Below, one piece after another: positions 11,154 through 52,422 of a stretch of 64,000 nt of DNA. Source of the stretch: Lama guanicoe (Eukaryota); NCBI GenBank assembly GCA_013239625.1, contig MU054001.1, positions 6,931,078 through 6,995,077 on the forward strand, in the 5' to 3' direction. Positions within the stretch are counted from its first letter, which is position 1. Each line of letters starts with the position of its first letter. The notes below the pieces were generated by a model that saw only the letters and a list, made by a program, of their open reading frames with translations, ran no database searches and was not told the DNA's origin. The translations under genes were made by a program, and so were the position numbers.

Positions 11154-14100
11154 ACAAGTGCCAGTGTGTGTGGAGGGCTTGGCCTCCTTCCTTGGGAAGA
11201 CCTGTCCAGGGAGCCTCCCTGAGGGCAAGAGCTGAGTTGGAGCTGGCATCTCACTCGTCTGAAGCCGCAGGTCACCGTCGTCTCCCTCTTTGCAGCATGC
11301 CCCAGTCTTTAGTTGTTGCTTCCTGGGTGGTTTTACTTGAAGAGGCAATAGCTGGTCCCTCCCACCTGGCGATCAGTAACAGGTTCGCAGCCAGGATGCC
11401 AGCAGCCCCAGTGAATAAGAATTCTGGGGCTGCTCAGGGCTTGGCTCTGTCCCGGAGGACTTCCTGAGGGCAAGGAGTCCCAGCTCATCTCCTGGGCCCC
11501 TGCGTCAGGATGCTGGGTTTGAGAATCTGTCAGCTCTGTCCTGGGACTCCCTCCCTTCTTTCCTCTCTCCTTGGACCACACGGTGTTTGTTTCACACTGG
11601 ACACTCCGCTAAGTGATGCAGGAAGTAGGCCCCTGGGGAGGCAGATATGGCCCAGCAAAGCAGATAACCAAGTGAAGCCTCTGGATGCCTCTGGGGCCCA
11701 GGGAAGGCTCAGAGATAAGCGGAAATGCCAGGCTTATCGCTGCAGCCTGAGTTCTAGAGAAGCCATCCTGGCCGGCCAGCTCACCTCTTTCCCAGTGCTC
11801 CGGGCGGTTGGGCATCTCCAGGCAGAGCAAACACTGGGTTGGCACGGCCACAGCAGCGGGATGGGGACTCTGGGCCCCACTCCGGCACTTCACAGTCCCA
11901 GCGCCAGAGGCCAGCCGCGGGCGTCGGATTACACCCAGATATTTGCGGTAAGCAGGCCGGTCTGCTTTGAAGTAGGAGCCTGAGGAGCAATTGTTAGCAT
12001 CACGGGACTAAGGGAGTCTTGGTGATAATTGTTCCCCAGACCTGGGTCCCCTGGCCCAAGAAACTCCGTCAGCAGGAAGCTTTGGTGGGTGGGCACAGCT
12101 GGGGATGGTCAGCGCGGGCCTTTCCTGACTAATGCAGGCAAGGCCGGGATGCAGGTAACCCCAAAGTTGCCCGTGTTGAACCCTGTGAGACTGTCTGTGG
12201 TTCTGTTTCATCTCTAGTTCCCTTTTGGGAGTGAGCTCAGCTTAGTGGAAGACATGCTTGTACCTTCTGAGTGCACATCAGCTCAGGGTGCATGCAGGGG
12301 AGGTGGTCTGGGCTGGGCTCTGTGGCTGGGGGAGCTGATTTAGGATGGGGAGGACACCCCCTCTTCCTCCTGCCCCCACCCCACCATGAGGTGACTGAGT
12401 ACATTGCAGTCCTTGTTGACTGACCGTCTAGGGTGGGATGCGCATGGGTGAGGAATGGTAGCTTCCAGTCTCTGCTGTTTTCATGTACTTACCAGGTACC
12501 AGGGGCTGTGTTTTACTTACACGAATATGCAAACAGCCCTGCGGTTATTGCACTATTATGAGTCCCCTTTACAGATGAGGAAATCTATGTGCAGAGAGGT
12601 TAAGTTCCAGGCGTGCAGCTGGCCCATCGGAGCACTTAGGTGTGAAAGTAGGAAAGTACACCTTTCCTCCGTATGTGGTCTCCATCTCAGAAAATGGTCA
12701 TATTTGATTTTATGAGAACAAGACCCTTCACGGACACGGGCTGCCACACCTGCTATAAGTCTACAAATCTACGAAGTCTCCCACACATTGGCCTCCCCCC
12801 AGATGTTGAGCCCTTGAGCTCTGCGAAATCTGCTTCTCATCCTGCTCCCCAGCGGCAAACACTCTGAAGTCTCTGGGCTGTTTCTCCTGGTACTTGCCTC
12901 CAGTTCTCTCCCCGTCAATTGTGTGTATTATCTATGGAATTCCCCTTATGAGAAATGAAGACTTAGCTCTCCCCATTTTTCCTCCCCAATTCTTGCAGTT
13001 GAATGAATATCACAGTTTTAACTTTAATAAGTATTTACTTTATTAGGGCATAATACTATATACTGTATATAATAATATATAAATACTATTCACTGAAAAT
13101 TCAATCATGTACTTTAATTTCATTCTTTCCTGTAAGAACTTGGATTTTCTTGGCGTCTCTGATTCCTTTTGTTCCCCTTCTGCACTATCTCTAACATCAT
13201 ACTGACGGCTAACATTTTGAGCGCTCACTGTGTGCCAAGCTCTGGTCCAGGTGCCTTGCAAGCATTCTCTTGTGACCCTCCTGACAAGTCCATGAAAATG
13301 TACGCATTGTTACTGTTACAGTCCAGGAAGTACAGACTCAGAGAGGTTAAATAAACTGGCCCACGATCCTGCCTATTAAGTGGCAAAGGCAGGTGTTAAA
13401 TCCAGATAGTTTGACACCAGGCCCCCAGCTCTTAACATTTTACTGCATGTCTTTAATTACATTATGCTGTACACTGTTTTTTCCCCTCTGAAGTCCTCCT
13501 TTTTGGGGACTTTCCATCCTCCTGCTTCAACTTTGGGTCTAGGCTGAAGCATTGTTTCCTGGAGCTCTGTTTTTTTTTATCTGTTTAGTCACTGGTTTTG
13601 CTGGGTTTTATCCTCAAAGCAGCTGCCTTAGAAAGGGTGCATAAATTTTTTACATCTTTGCAAGTCTTAAAACTCTTCATTCTAACCTCTTGCAGTGATG
13701 CAATGTCTTCAAAATTATAAGGGAAAATGCTTTCTCATCTAGAATTTTACATCCAACCTGTCTTGCCGCATCTCGTTGTGTTTGGGATAAGTCTGATGTC
13801 ATTCTGATTCCAGTCCTTTGGTATGTGATTTTTTTCCTCTTGAATTTTAGGGAGATTTTATAATCTTCTCTTTATTCCTCTGTTCTAAAATTGCATGTCT
13901 GTAGTATTTCTTTGATAAATTCCTTCCCTCTTTCTTTCATTTCTCCTCCTGAAACTCCAGTTAATTAGACGTTGGACCAGCTGGATCCACTGTCTATGTT
14001 TCCTTTCCTAATGTACATATCTTCATCTTTCACTTTTATTTTCTGGGATGTAATCTTAACCTTATTTTCTAATCCCTCTGTTGAATTTTTAAATTTTAAC

Positions 14101-17100
14101 ATTCATATTTGTAATCCCCAAGACCTCTCTTTTACTCTATGCTTGTTCTTTTTCCGTAACACCCTCTTCTTTTTTACTGAATGGAACAGCCTTTCACACT
14201 TTTCTGTGGTCACTAATGAGAGCCTTTTTTGAAACCTTCTTCTGCTTCTTGTTTTCTCCATTTCCTCCATAATTAGATTTCTGTTTGTTTTGGGCTCCCC
14301 TTTTCATCTTGTGGGCTTTCTTTGAGTACCTGGTAATCCCTTTTTATCTGTGCATATTTCAGAATAAGGCACAAAAACCTGGATGGTGGTTGAGGCTTGT
14401 TGTCTGCTTGGCTTTGTTGAGGATCAGATGAGGTACTCCCAAAGGACCCCCCAAATCCCGTACATAGGACTTTTGAATTGTGGACCATTGACTTTCTCCA
14501 GGAGCAGAACACTGCTCTTCAGGGAGGGTGGGGGAGGAGGTGCACCACTGCTTTGGATGGGCCCCTCAGCCTTCATTGCTGCTCCCCTCTTCCTCCACCT
14601 GGGGTCTCCGGGTCCACAGGCCTCTCTGGGCTTCTTCAGGGAAAGCTGGCTGTCACCAGAAAGATGAGGGATGAGTCTTAGGTTTGGTGGACACTGACCC
14701 CAGCCTATGGCAAACAGAGGTCAGCCTGTATTTTTCTAGCAGTGGCTCACCTGCCCGTCATCACCCAGAAAAGTTGAGACATCATTGGATTTGCTACTTG
14801 GGCTGCGTCTTCTCTGGTCTGCGTCCTCTTGACTCGGTGGGTGGAATGCCTCCCCTATCCTCTGGGAAGTGCCATTGCCCAGAAAGAATTGCCCGTGGCT
14901 CTTGCTGTGTCTTGTAAATCCGGGAGAGTTGGAGAGAAGCCATGCATCAGCCCTCAGAGAACCCATGTGCTCATAAACTCATTTCTCCTGTAGGCCGAGA
15001 AATAAAAGGGGTTCAGATCTGGTCCTCTAGGCTGCTCCTTGTCATCAAAGAGGCCTAAGGACTTGTCTTGTTGGCATGTTCTGAGCTTGCTCCCAGAGGG
15101 TCCCAGAGCTTGCTTCTGGGAGTCGTGAGGGCTTCCTTCCCTGTACTCATCTGTCCTGGCAAACCCTAGCTGTGGCCCCCTCCTTCCACAATTCTCCCAG
15201 TGGTCGGCCCAGCATCCTGCTTCCTGCTGGAGCCTCCTTAGTTCATTGCTTCCGTTCAGCTGTTTTGAATATCCACGTGCCAGGCATGTTGGTGAGCCCG
15301 GCAAGCTCACCAGAACAGGTGAGCACTGTTCTGGCCTCAAGGGGCTTCGAGGTGGTTCTGAAGCGTGGATGACGCAGCAGCCACATTTGGAATAAACTAG
15401 CTGCCCTGCCATCACTTGCTGCTTAAGGGAGACCTGGGGCAAATCCTTTTGTGATTTAAATAATTAGCTTTTGATTGTAAATATGTGTCTGGGACATTTA
15501 TTTATGTCCGTTGTGTTCATCTGGACTTTCAGATATCTTGCCAGGCCTTATTAGCCCAGGGCTTGCCTGGGTGCAGGTTGCCCTGACCATCTCTACAGCA
15601 GCGGTCACACTGAAGCAGCCTGTGCTCCGTGTTGGTGGAACTGCCTCCCAGAGACGGCATCTGTCTCTTCAGACTGGTGGGGACTTCATTTCACAAAGAT
15701 TATCAGCACCTACTTTGGGCCAGATATGGTCTGGGTGTGAGACTTCCAGAGATTTCTCTAGGCAGCTACTTCCCAAAGTTTGATCCAGGGAACCCAAGTT
15801 CCCCAGGGAAGTATTAAGTATTAAGCAGGAAGTGACTCCCTAGTCAGATGCTGGTTTCTTCTTGCGGTGGATGAGGTCCTGCACACTGTGAGTCCGCACG
15901 AGGGACAGGAGCCCAGTATGCCCCAAATTTCTTTTTCCAAGAAGAATATCTGTGCGTTTTAAATCACAGTGAATGTAACAGACCAGTGCTCTTTTGAGCA
16001 CGCTCTGGGCCATTCTGCCAATGACCCCCGACTGCTCCCAGAAATGGGTCTGGATTTCTACATGGGCTGCTTAAGGGCAGCTGTCCCCACACAGGGTGGG
16101 CAGTGAGGGGCTTGAGGTCGAGCTGCACTTGCAGAGCCAGCACACAGTGTTTACTGCTCACCTGCAGCTTAAAATAGCAAAATGATCTCAAGGTGCTTTA
16201 GATGGCAGAGTTCCAGATCAAAGTTTATCCTCATAATTGCTTTTGCTCAGAAGGAGGCAGCTTAGGGGGACATTAATGCCCCCTCCCTGGTGCTGGCCTT
16301 GACCACAGCTGAGCTAGCCCCGGGAGGCTGCATGCTGGGGTGACCCTGGGCAGAGTCCCCGTCTGGCCTTGCTTTCTCTCTGTGAGGGCCTGGGTGCAGG
16401 TGGGTCAGGGGACTGCTCTGGGCAGCTGGGGCTCCGGGCGCCCCCTCGCACCCCACCTTGGTGTCAGCTTCAGTGTGTCCTTTTGTCTGTTGTATTTATT
16501 GCTACTTCAGTGAAAGTTTCATTGGGACCAAGGGCTTCTGGGGCTAAAACATTTGGAAACCACAGGAAACACAGGCTCCCTTGCTCTCTAGGGCCCCACT
16601 GCGTCTGTTTCAGTTTAGAGACTGGGTGCCTGATACCTGCGCAGTCATCCTTGAGGGAGCAGGGGGTCGCAGGCAAATGTTCCCCAGAGGGCTCTGCCAG
16701 GAACACGACCTGTGGGATGACACTTGGGGAGGAGCCGAGACCATTGCCCCTCACCTCTATTTTTAGGTACCAGTGATTAGAGACTGGGGGCCCTGTGTGG
16801 GGAGGAACCTACAGACTCACCCCACAGGCAGCCTGAACACGTTTGGGGCATCAGCAAAGTAGGAGCATCAACATTTTGTTTTTAACTTGCAGAAGCATCA
16901 AATTTTTCATCATGGCAAAAATCAAGACGCTGCTGAATGGCCTCATGTTTCTTTCTGCTTTGGTCTTGCGTCTTATTGTGAATTAGATGGGTGTGTGCTG
17001 GGTGGGACCCTGGCTGCTCCTGAGTGCTTTAGGCCTCTAAAGGTCTTACTCTGCCCTGGGATCTCTGAGGCCCCCTTGTAGAGTCCAGCTTTCAGGTCCG

Positions 17101-17159
17101 TGACCTAAAAGGATCCCTTTTCTTCTAACCTTCAGTTTCAGCTACCCGAACTCCTGCCT

Positions 17160-17466
17160 GCTCTGGGCAGATTCTTAGAATATTTGCCCATCAGCAGCCT
17201 CTCAGAGAGGAATGTTAAATGCTACCATGATGTCAAAGGGCCCCCAAGGAGAAGGGCCTGGGCCAAGCCCAGCCTGTCACTCGGGCCACGGCAGAGTGGG
17301 AGATAAGCAAAGGCAACGGCTCGGAGAGAGCCTGGTCCTCTGGGCTCCCTGAGCAGCCCAGGCGATCCTTAGCTAGAGAACAATGAACTTCCAGACGCCT
17401 CTGCCCAAGTGAAAACCAGAGGTCTGTGGCTCTTCCACTTCCTCACCCCTGCGAGCCTTCATCAGG
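17160..17466 (+). promoter_or_regulatory. MYLK3 proximal promoter/5'UTR region
   Basis: Immediately upstream of the ATG; GATA motif AGATAA at 17301-17306; CAAGTG at 17406-17411; no canonical TATA box. TSS not determinable from sequence. Confidence 0.5.
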
Positions 17467-46490
<29,024 letters not shown>

Positions 46491-47482
46491 TCCTCAACTC
46501 TGCTGCTCCTGTGAGCCCAGAAATTATTGAGACTGGTGGTGAAGTCACGACTGAAGATTTTTACTAATACTGATTCCACTTAAATTTTTTTGTTAAAAAG
46601 GAAGAAAGGTTATGGCTGTTGCCTTTCTTGTGGCTGGAAAGTGGCTGTAAAGAAAGTGACTTAACTTTTTTCTGCGTTATGAGATCACTAAGTTGAAATG
46701 CTGTGATTACTTTTCCAGTGTGCCTACTTTTGGTGATACGTGTAGGCATGTTTTAAGCAGGTAGGACAGCTTCTATGTCAAAGCTTATATGTCAAATTTA
46801 AAATCTAAGCTTACTCTGTTTAAAGAACCCAGTGGACTGTCACACAGGGCATGTTATTCAGTGTTACCTCCTCTAGTGCAGAGAATTCCTAGCATTTTGA
46901 TTTGTTCAAGCGTGAGCTGACATCTAGTGCATTTATCATGATTCTGGTATGAAGTAACATGGATTTAGGGCAGTGATCCTCAACCTGGTTTTAACTTGTG
47001 CTTCCTTTTGAGAATCAAAACACACATTCTTTAATATTCTTTAAAATCTCAAAACACACTGACCGTCACCGCTAAATCAGAGCAAGGATAGTTGTGAATA
47101 TGCTTTTTAAATCTGTGCACACCTCTACTGTCTCCTAATTCGGCCCTGTCGTGGCATTAGCCTTCTCCCTCCTGATCTCCCTTCTTCAGTTATGAATCTG
47201 TGGTTGAGTGAGTCTGGAATCTGACATGCAACATGTGAGAGAGGGAAGAATGTAATGATGTTCAGCTTTCTGAGAGAAACACAGAAACGACGCATCATGA
47301 GAAAATAAATGAAAACTGCTCTTCTACTGATTAACAAGTACTTGATTATTCAAAAGCAAACAGTCCCTTTAATTTCCTCATTTTTTGTGCTATTCCCATC
47401 TCCTTGGGTCAGCAGTTTTAGTTACTTTTAGTTTTTAATTAGCCATGCTACAGTTTCATGGCCTTTCAGGATTTCTGCCCAA

Positions 47483-47488
47483 AATAAA
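47483..47488 (+). terminator. Candidate MYLK3 polyadenylation signal (others at 47304 and 50991)
   Basis: AATAAA followed by a T/G-rich tract; usage unknown. Confidence 0.35.
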
Positions 47489-47899
47489 GACTGGTTTTTT
47501 TGGTAAAGAACAGAGGGGTGGGGAGGGAGGCAGAGGATGGAGAGATTAATCCTACTGCTGCATTTCTTCAGTAGTAACTTTCCTCTGGAATGCTAACCCT
47601 TGTTGGGAAGCTAAGATTTTCAGTACCAGCACATCTAGGCGTGCTCAAGCCGGCCAGCTAATGGATGAACATCAGAAAAGGCGGCTGCTGGAAACCTCCC
47701 TTTTACAGGAGAATAACAGCAATTTGGTAAAACGCTGTCTTTTTAAGGTATTTTGAGGGCAGCCTCCAGAAGAAGCCAGAGAGGGTATCTTATAGTTCTA
47801 TTAGTGGAGTGATTCTTCCCTTCCATAGGACCCGACATTCTTCGGAAAAGCTACGAAACTTCTCCCCCGAAAAATGTACAGTTAGTTATCCTGATGTAG

Positions 47900-48335
47900 A
47901 GCACTGATGCCTAACCGGAATATAATATGAGACATAATTAAAAAATTTCTGATAGTGCCTCTTAAAAAAAACCTGGTAAAATTAATTTTAATAATTGATT
48001 TAACATGAGGTGTCAAAACCTATTTCAATATGTAATAATATAAAATTATTAATGAGGTATTATATATATATTTTCATACTGTCTCCAAAATCTGGTGTGT
48101 ATTTTATACTTAAAATAGACGTCAATTCAGACTCTAGGTTTAATTTGTATTTAGATTTCATAAAATTTACTGTGGAAGAATATACTCACATACTCAAGTT
48201 GTTTAAAGCATCTTAAATGTTTTCTAATGATTGAATTAAGCATTGTTAACTAAAATGAAATTCATTCCTGTCATTGCATTAGTCACATTTTAAATGCTTA
48301 ATAGCCACATAAAGCTTATATATAGGACAGGGCAG
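47900..48335 (-). mobile_element. hAT-Charlie (MER33-like) remnant
   Basis: AATATAATATGAGAC...AAATCTGGTGTGTATTTTATACTTA...TAATAGCCACAT...GGACAG; reverse-oriented relative of 34677-35610. Confidence 0.6.
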
Positions 48336-49759
48336 ATCCAGAGAAAGTCCTGTATCTATCAAATTCTAATTTTTCTCCTTATATGCTATTATTTTCCATC
48401 TAGAGAAACAACTTCTCTCCAGAGTCCCTTTGAGGGTGTTTAGGCCAGGCCCACACAAGTGACAGGTAATGCAGAAGTTTGTCCTTCTCTTCTGAAATGC
48501 AAGGGAGCTTTTATGAAGCTTTACTTTTTTGGATATTTTTAGTGCTCTACGTTGCTGGTGTGTAAGCAGCTCAAAAGTTCTTTAGATTGCAACTTTGCTA
48601 GTCTCAAATATTTCTAATGGGACTTTTAAATCTGAATGAACAATCTTTGGAAACTGCTGTGCAGAGAAACTAAAAGGTAGTCAGGACCCACTTTTTTTAC
48701 TTGTCAGATTTGGTGAGGATGGGGAAAATGGAATTCTTCACTTTTGATGACTATGCATCCAAATGAAAGTCATGCTCACACTTTGACCTAGCAATTCCGT
48801 CTCTAGAAATTTATCCCCCAGCAATACTTGAACAAGTGGGCAGAGATTATTGCAAAATTGCTTCCTGTATCAAAATGGCCCAATGAAAACAATCTACACG
48901 TCTCTATCAGTATGAGTTTAGTTAAACTGTACCACATCAATACAGGGGAATACCTTGTAGCTGTTAAAGATAGATCTTGATGTACTGATTCTTTTATTAC
49001 AAAAAAAAAAAATAGAACATATATATGGTATCATCCCATTTGTGGTGAGACATGCTTTTTATATGTGTTAAAATTTTCTAGGATATGCAAGAAACTTAAC
49101 CTTGGAGTATGGAAAGTGGGTGATGGGGAGAGAAGAAATTCCACTTTTCACATTATAATTTTCTGAATCATTTAAATTTTTTTAACAATGAGCATGTATC
49201 GCTTTTATAATTAAAAACTGGCAACCCACTGTCAAGTGTGGATCTTGTTTTGACCCTGATTTGAGCAAATAAACAATAAGACATTTTAGAGACATGCAAA
49301 AGAATTTAATTCTAAATTGCATAGCTGATGATAGAATTTCTATTAATTTTCTTAGGTCTGATAATGACAATGTGGTTATAAATGTAGGTTAAATGACTTC
49401 AGGGAAAAGGGAGCTATAGTTAAGCGAGTGTGGCAAAATCTTAATTGTTGGGTCTTGGAATTTAGTATGGGGTTTCATTATACTGCCCTTTAGTGAAGAG
49501 GTATATATTTGTATAAATTTGAAAACTTTTCATGGTAAAACATTTTTTAATCAGTTGAATAAACCAAGAAGATCTGTTAAAGAAATGAGCCTCCAAAAAG
49601 TCTTTACAATAGTACTGAAGTATAAGGACTAAGTAGTAAGCCTCCATCACTGGGATTATGTGTTGGAAAATTGTAGAAAGGATTCCTGCCCCAGGAGGGC
49701 ATTTGGCCAAGGCTGCTTTAGGGCAATTCCCCAACCCTGCAACTAATTTAAGAAATAAC

Positions 49760-50233
49760 CTACTACATACCCATGTTTATAGCAGCATTATTCACAACAG
49801 CCAAGACGTGAAAGCAACCTAAATGTTCATGGACAGATGAATGGATAGACAAAGTATAGTATATCCACACAATGGAAAATTATTCAGGCTTAAAAAGGAG
49901 AGAAATTCTGACACTGTGCCACAATATGGATGAACCTCAAGGACATTATGCTAAGTAGAATAAGCAAGGTACAAAGAAAAATACTGTATGGTTCCACTTA
50001 GATGAGACAGCAGTCAAATTCAGAGGCAGTAGAAGAATGGTGGTTGCCAGGGGCTGGGGGAGGAAGGAGTGGAAGCTGTTCAACGGGTTTCACGGGTAGA
50101 GGCAGCTTTGGGAGATGAAGAGTTCTGGAGATCACATAACGTGAATGTACTTAACACTACCATACAATACACCTAAAAATTGTTAAGATGGTAAATTTTA
50201 TTTTACATGTATTTTACCACAATAAAAAAAAAA
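49760..50233 (+). mobile_element. L1 3' end (L1MB-like) with poly(A)
   Basis: CCCATGTTTATAGCAGCATTATTCACAACAGCC...TGTATTTTACCACAATAAAAAAAAAA. Confidence 0.85.
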
Positions 50234-51006
50234 GTGAATGCGCTTTAATTTTACCTGATGATGAATACATTGCTTTTGATCCAAAGCTAGAATTTAAATC
50301 TTGGCACCAAAATCAAATTATATACCTTCTTAAAATAAATGAGGAAAAGACTCACTTACCCATTTTAGATCAAAGTAATCACAGAAGCCCTATTTAGTGA
50401 TTGCCTTCTAAGTGTCATACACTTTACAAATATTACCTTTAATTCTCATAAGGTAGCTAATATTTCTGTTTTATAAACAAGGAAATTGAGGCTCGTTAAT
50501 GTGAAATTTCCTTAGGGTATAAGTGGCAGAGCCAGAATTTAAATGCAAGTATGTGTGGTTCCAAACCTCATATATTCATTCCCCTCTACCACAGGGCTGC
50601 AGGATGTTATGTCTGTGGCAGGATCATTTGATTATGGCAGTTCTCCAGCCTCAGTGTCCAGAATTAAAAGGGGCAGGGAAAGAAATCACTCTTTTACTCA
50701 CTCCCATTCTATGAAGCAGGTTATACGCCTTATTTATAGCAGATAGGAGGAAACCACTATTACTATTGATACTATTATGGACAGGTTTTGAAACGTTGGA
50801 TGCAATCACTTTATTGCATTTTTCATGGAAACATTTAATTAGATCGTGTATTCTTAATTTTAATTAAAATCATGTCTGGCCTTATGCCTCAGACTCCCTA
50901 GCAAGTTATCTTCCCAGGCCCTTTCCTATAGTTTTAAAGTTAAGTAGTATTTAATAAGGTTACATTTTTCAGTATGTGGATATCAAAGAAAATAAACCTT
51001 GGCCTC

Positions 51007-51425
51007 TTTTTTTTTTTTTTAAGGTATAATTGACTTACAGTGTTGTATGTTTCAGGTTACAATATAGTGATTCGATATTTCTATACATTATGAAATGATC
51101 ACAGTAAGTCTAGTTACAGTCTGTCATCATACAAAGTTATTACCACAATATTGACTACATTCCCTATGCTGTACATCATATCTCCACAACCTATTTATTT
51201 TATAGCTGGCAGACTGTACCTCTTAATCTTCCTTACCTATTTCATTCATCCCCCCTACACCACTACCCTCTGGCAACCATCAATTTATTCCCTGTATCTA
51301 TGAGTCTGTTTCTGTTTTATGTCTGTTCATCTGTTTGGTTTTTTTAGATTCCACACGTAGTGATTTGCCTTTCTCTGACTTATTTCACTTAGCATAAGAT
51401 CCTCTAGGTCCATACATGTTGTCCC
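51007..51425 (-). mobile_element. 5'-truncated L1 3' end
   Basis: Poly(T) at 51007-51020; TTCCCTATGCTGTACAT...TTTCACTTAGCATAA; possible TSD TTGGCCT. Confidence 0.8.
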
Positions 51426-51860
51426 ACTTTGGCCTGTCTCTTAATTTTTTAATATGATGCTAATATGTAATTCATTATATGAGATCTCTATATGTATTTC
51501 TCTCTATATTTTAATATTTACTAAAAACTTATACCAGGAACTGGGCTAAATGCTTTACGTGTATGAGCTCAGATACTCTTCCTCATTATTCTGAGGTAGA
51601 CATCATTTTTATTTCTACTTATAGATGAGACATAAAGAAGGTAATCTGCTTAAGGTTTCAAAGGTGGTATGTAGCTGAGCAGGGTTTTAAACCCAGATGA
51701 AAAAAAAAAAAAAAAACCCAGATAGTCTGATTGAAGAGTTTGTGCTCTGGTGAGGAATACAGACCACTTTTTTTTTCCTGCAAGAGTAGATGGCTTTCGG
51801 CATAGCAAGGATTCGCCCACACTGGTAACAAGTGCACCTTGAATGCATATAAACATAACA

Positions 51861-51866
51861 TTTATT
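51861..51866 (-). terminator. Candidate ORC6 polyadenylation signal (alternative at 50810-50815)
   Basis: TTTATT on + strand, ~430 nt past the ORC6 stop. Confidence 0.45.
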
Positions 51867-52294
51867 AACTTAGGTTGTGTCATATATTGATTTAGTCAAA
51901 CCAAGAGATTTATACAAAAACTTAAATAAAATCTTTAATAATCCATTCAGCCTGAATTTCATACTCTGGGTAGGACAGGACACTGTCTTTTGCTCAAAAG
52001 AAAACAAAAAAGAAAAATGGCTCCAGTTCCATTTTGTAGGAGCGTGCAGACCTGTGGGGAGCCAAGGCTAAGCCGACTAGGCACTGTGGCTGATCTAATG
52101 AATTTCCTGCCCATGTCAGGGGGGAGGCCTGCTGCCCGTAACTCAGCCCCATTGCTGGCTTCTTTGCTATTAAAGCAATCTAATCTTAGGATCCTTGTTA
52201 TAAAAGTTCAAACAAAATTCCAAAGTGCTCACATCTCCCTTGAGGTGGCAGGTGCACTGTTGGTTTGCAGTACCAGGTAGTCCGGAAGCTGAAA

Positions 52295-52422
52295 TCACTC
52301 TGAGGTAGCCTTTTGTGCTTTGACAGCATTTTCCAAAATTCTCCTTTTCCACTCTTCATAATCCTGTGTCAGATCGTCGTCATTTTGCGGTTTATGTGGG
52401 ATCTCTACTACAGCCTCTATTT
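52295..52422 (-). CDS. ORC6: ORC6 exon 7 (IEAVVE...QDYEEWKRRILENAVKAQKATSE*)
   Basis: CTCATAG| acceptor; conserved DYEEWK motif; TGA at 52297-52295. Confidence 0.95.

Noticed and set aside
11009..11983. 152-aa and 157-aa plus-strand ORFs
   Set aside because: No recognisable homology or exon structure; the first begins at a GTG inside a MIR-like segment.
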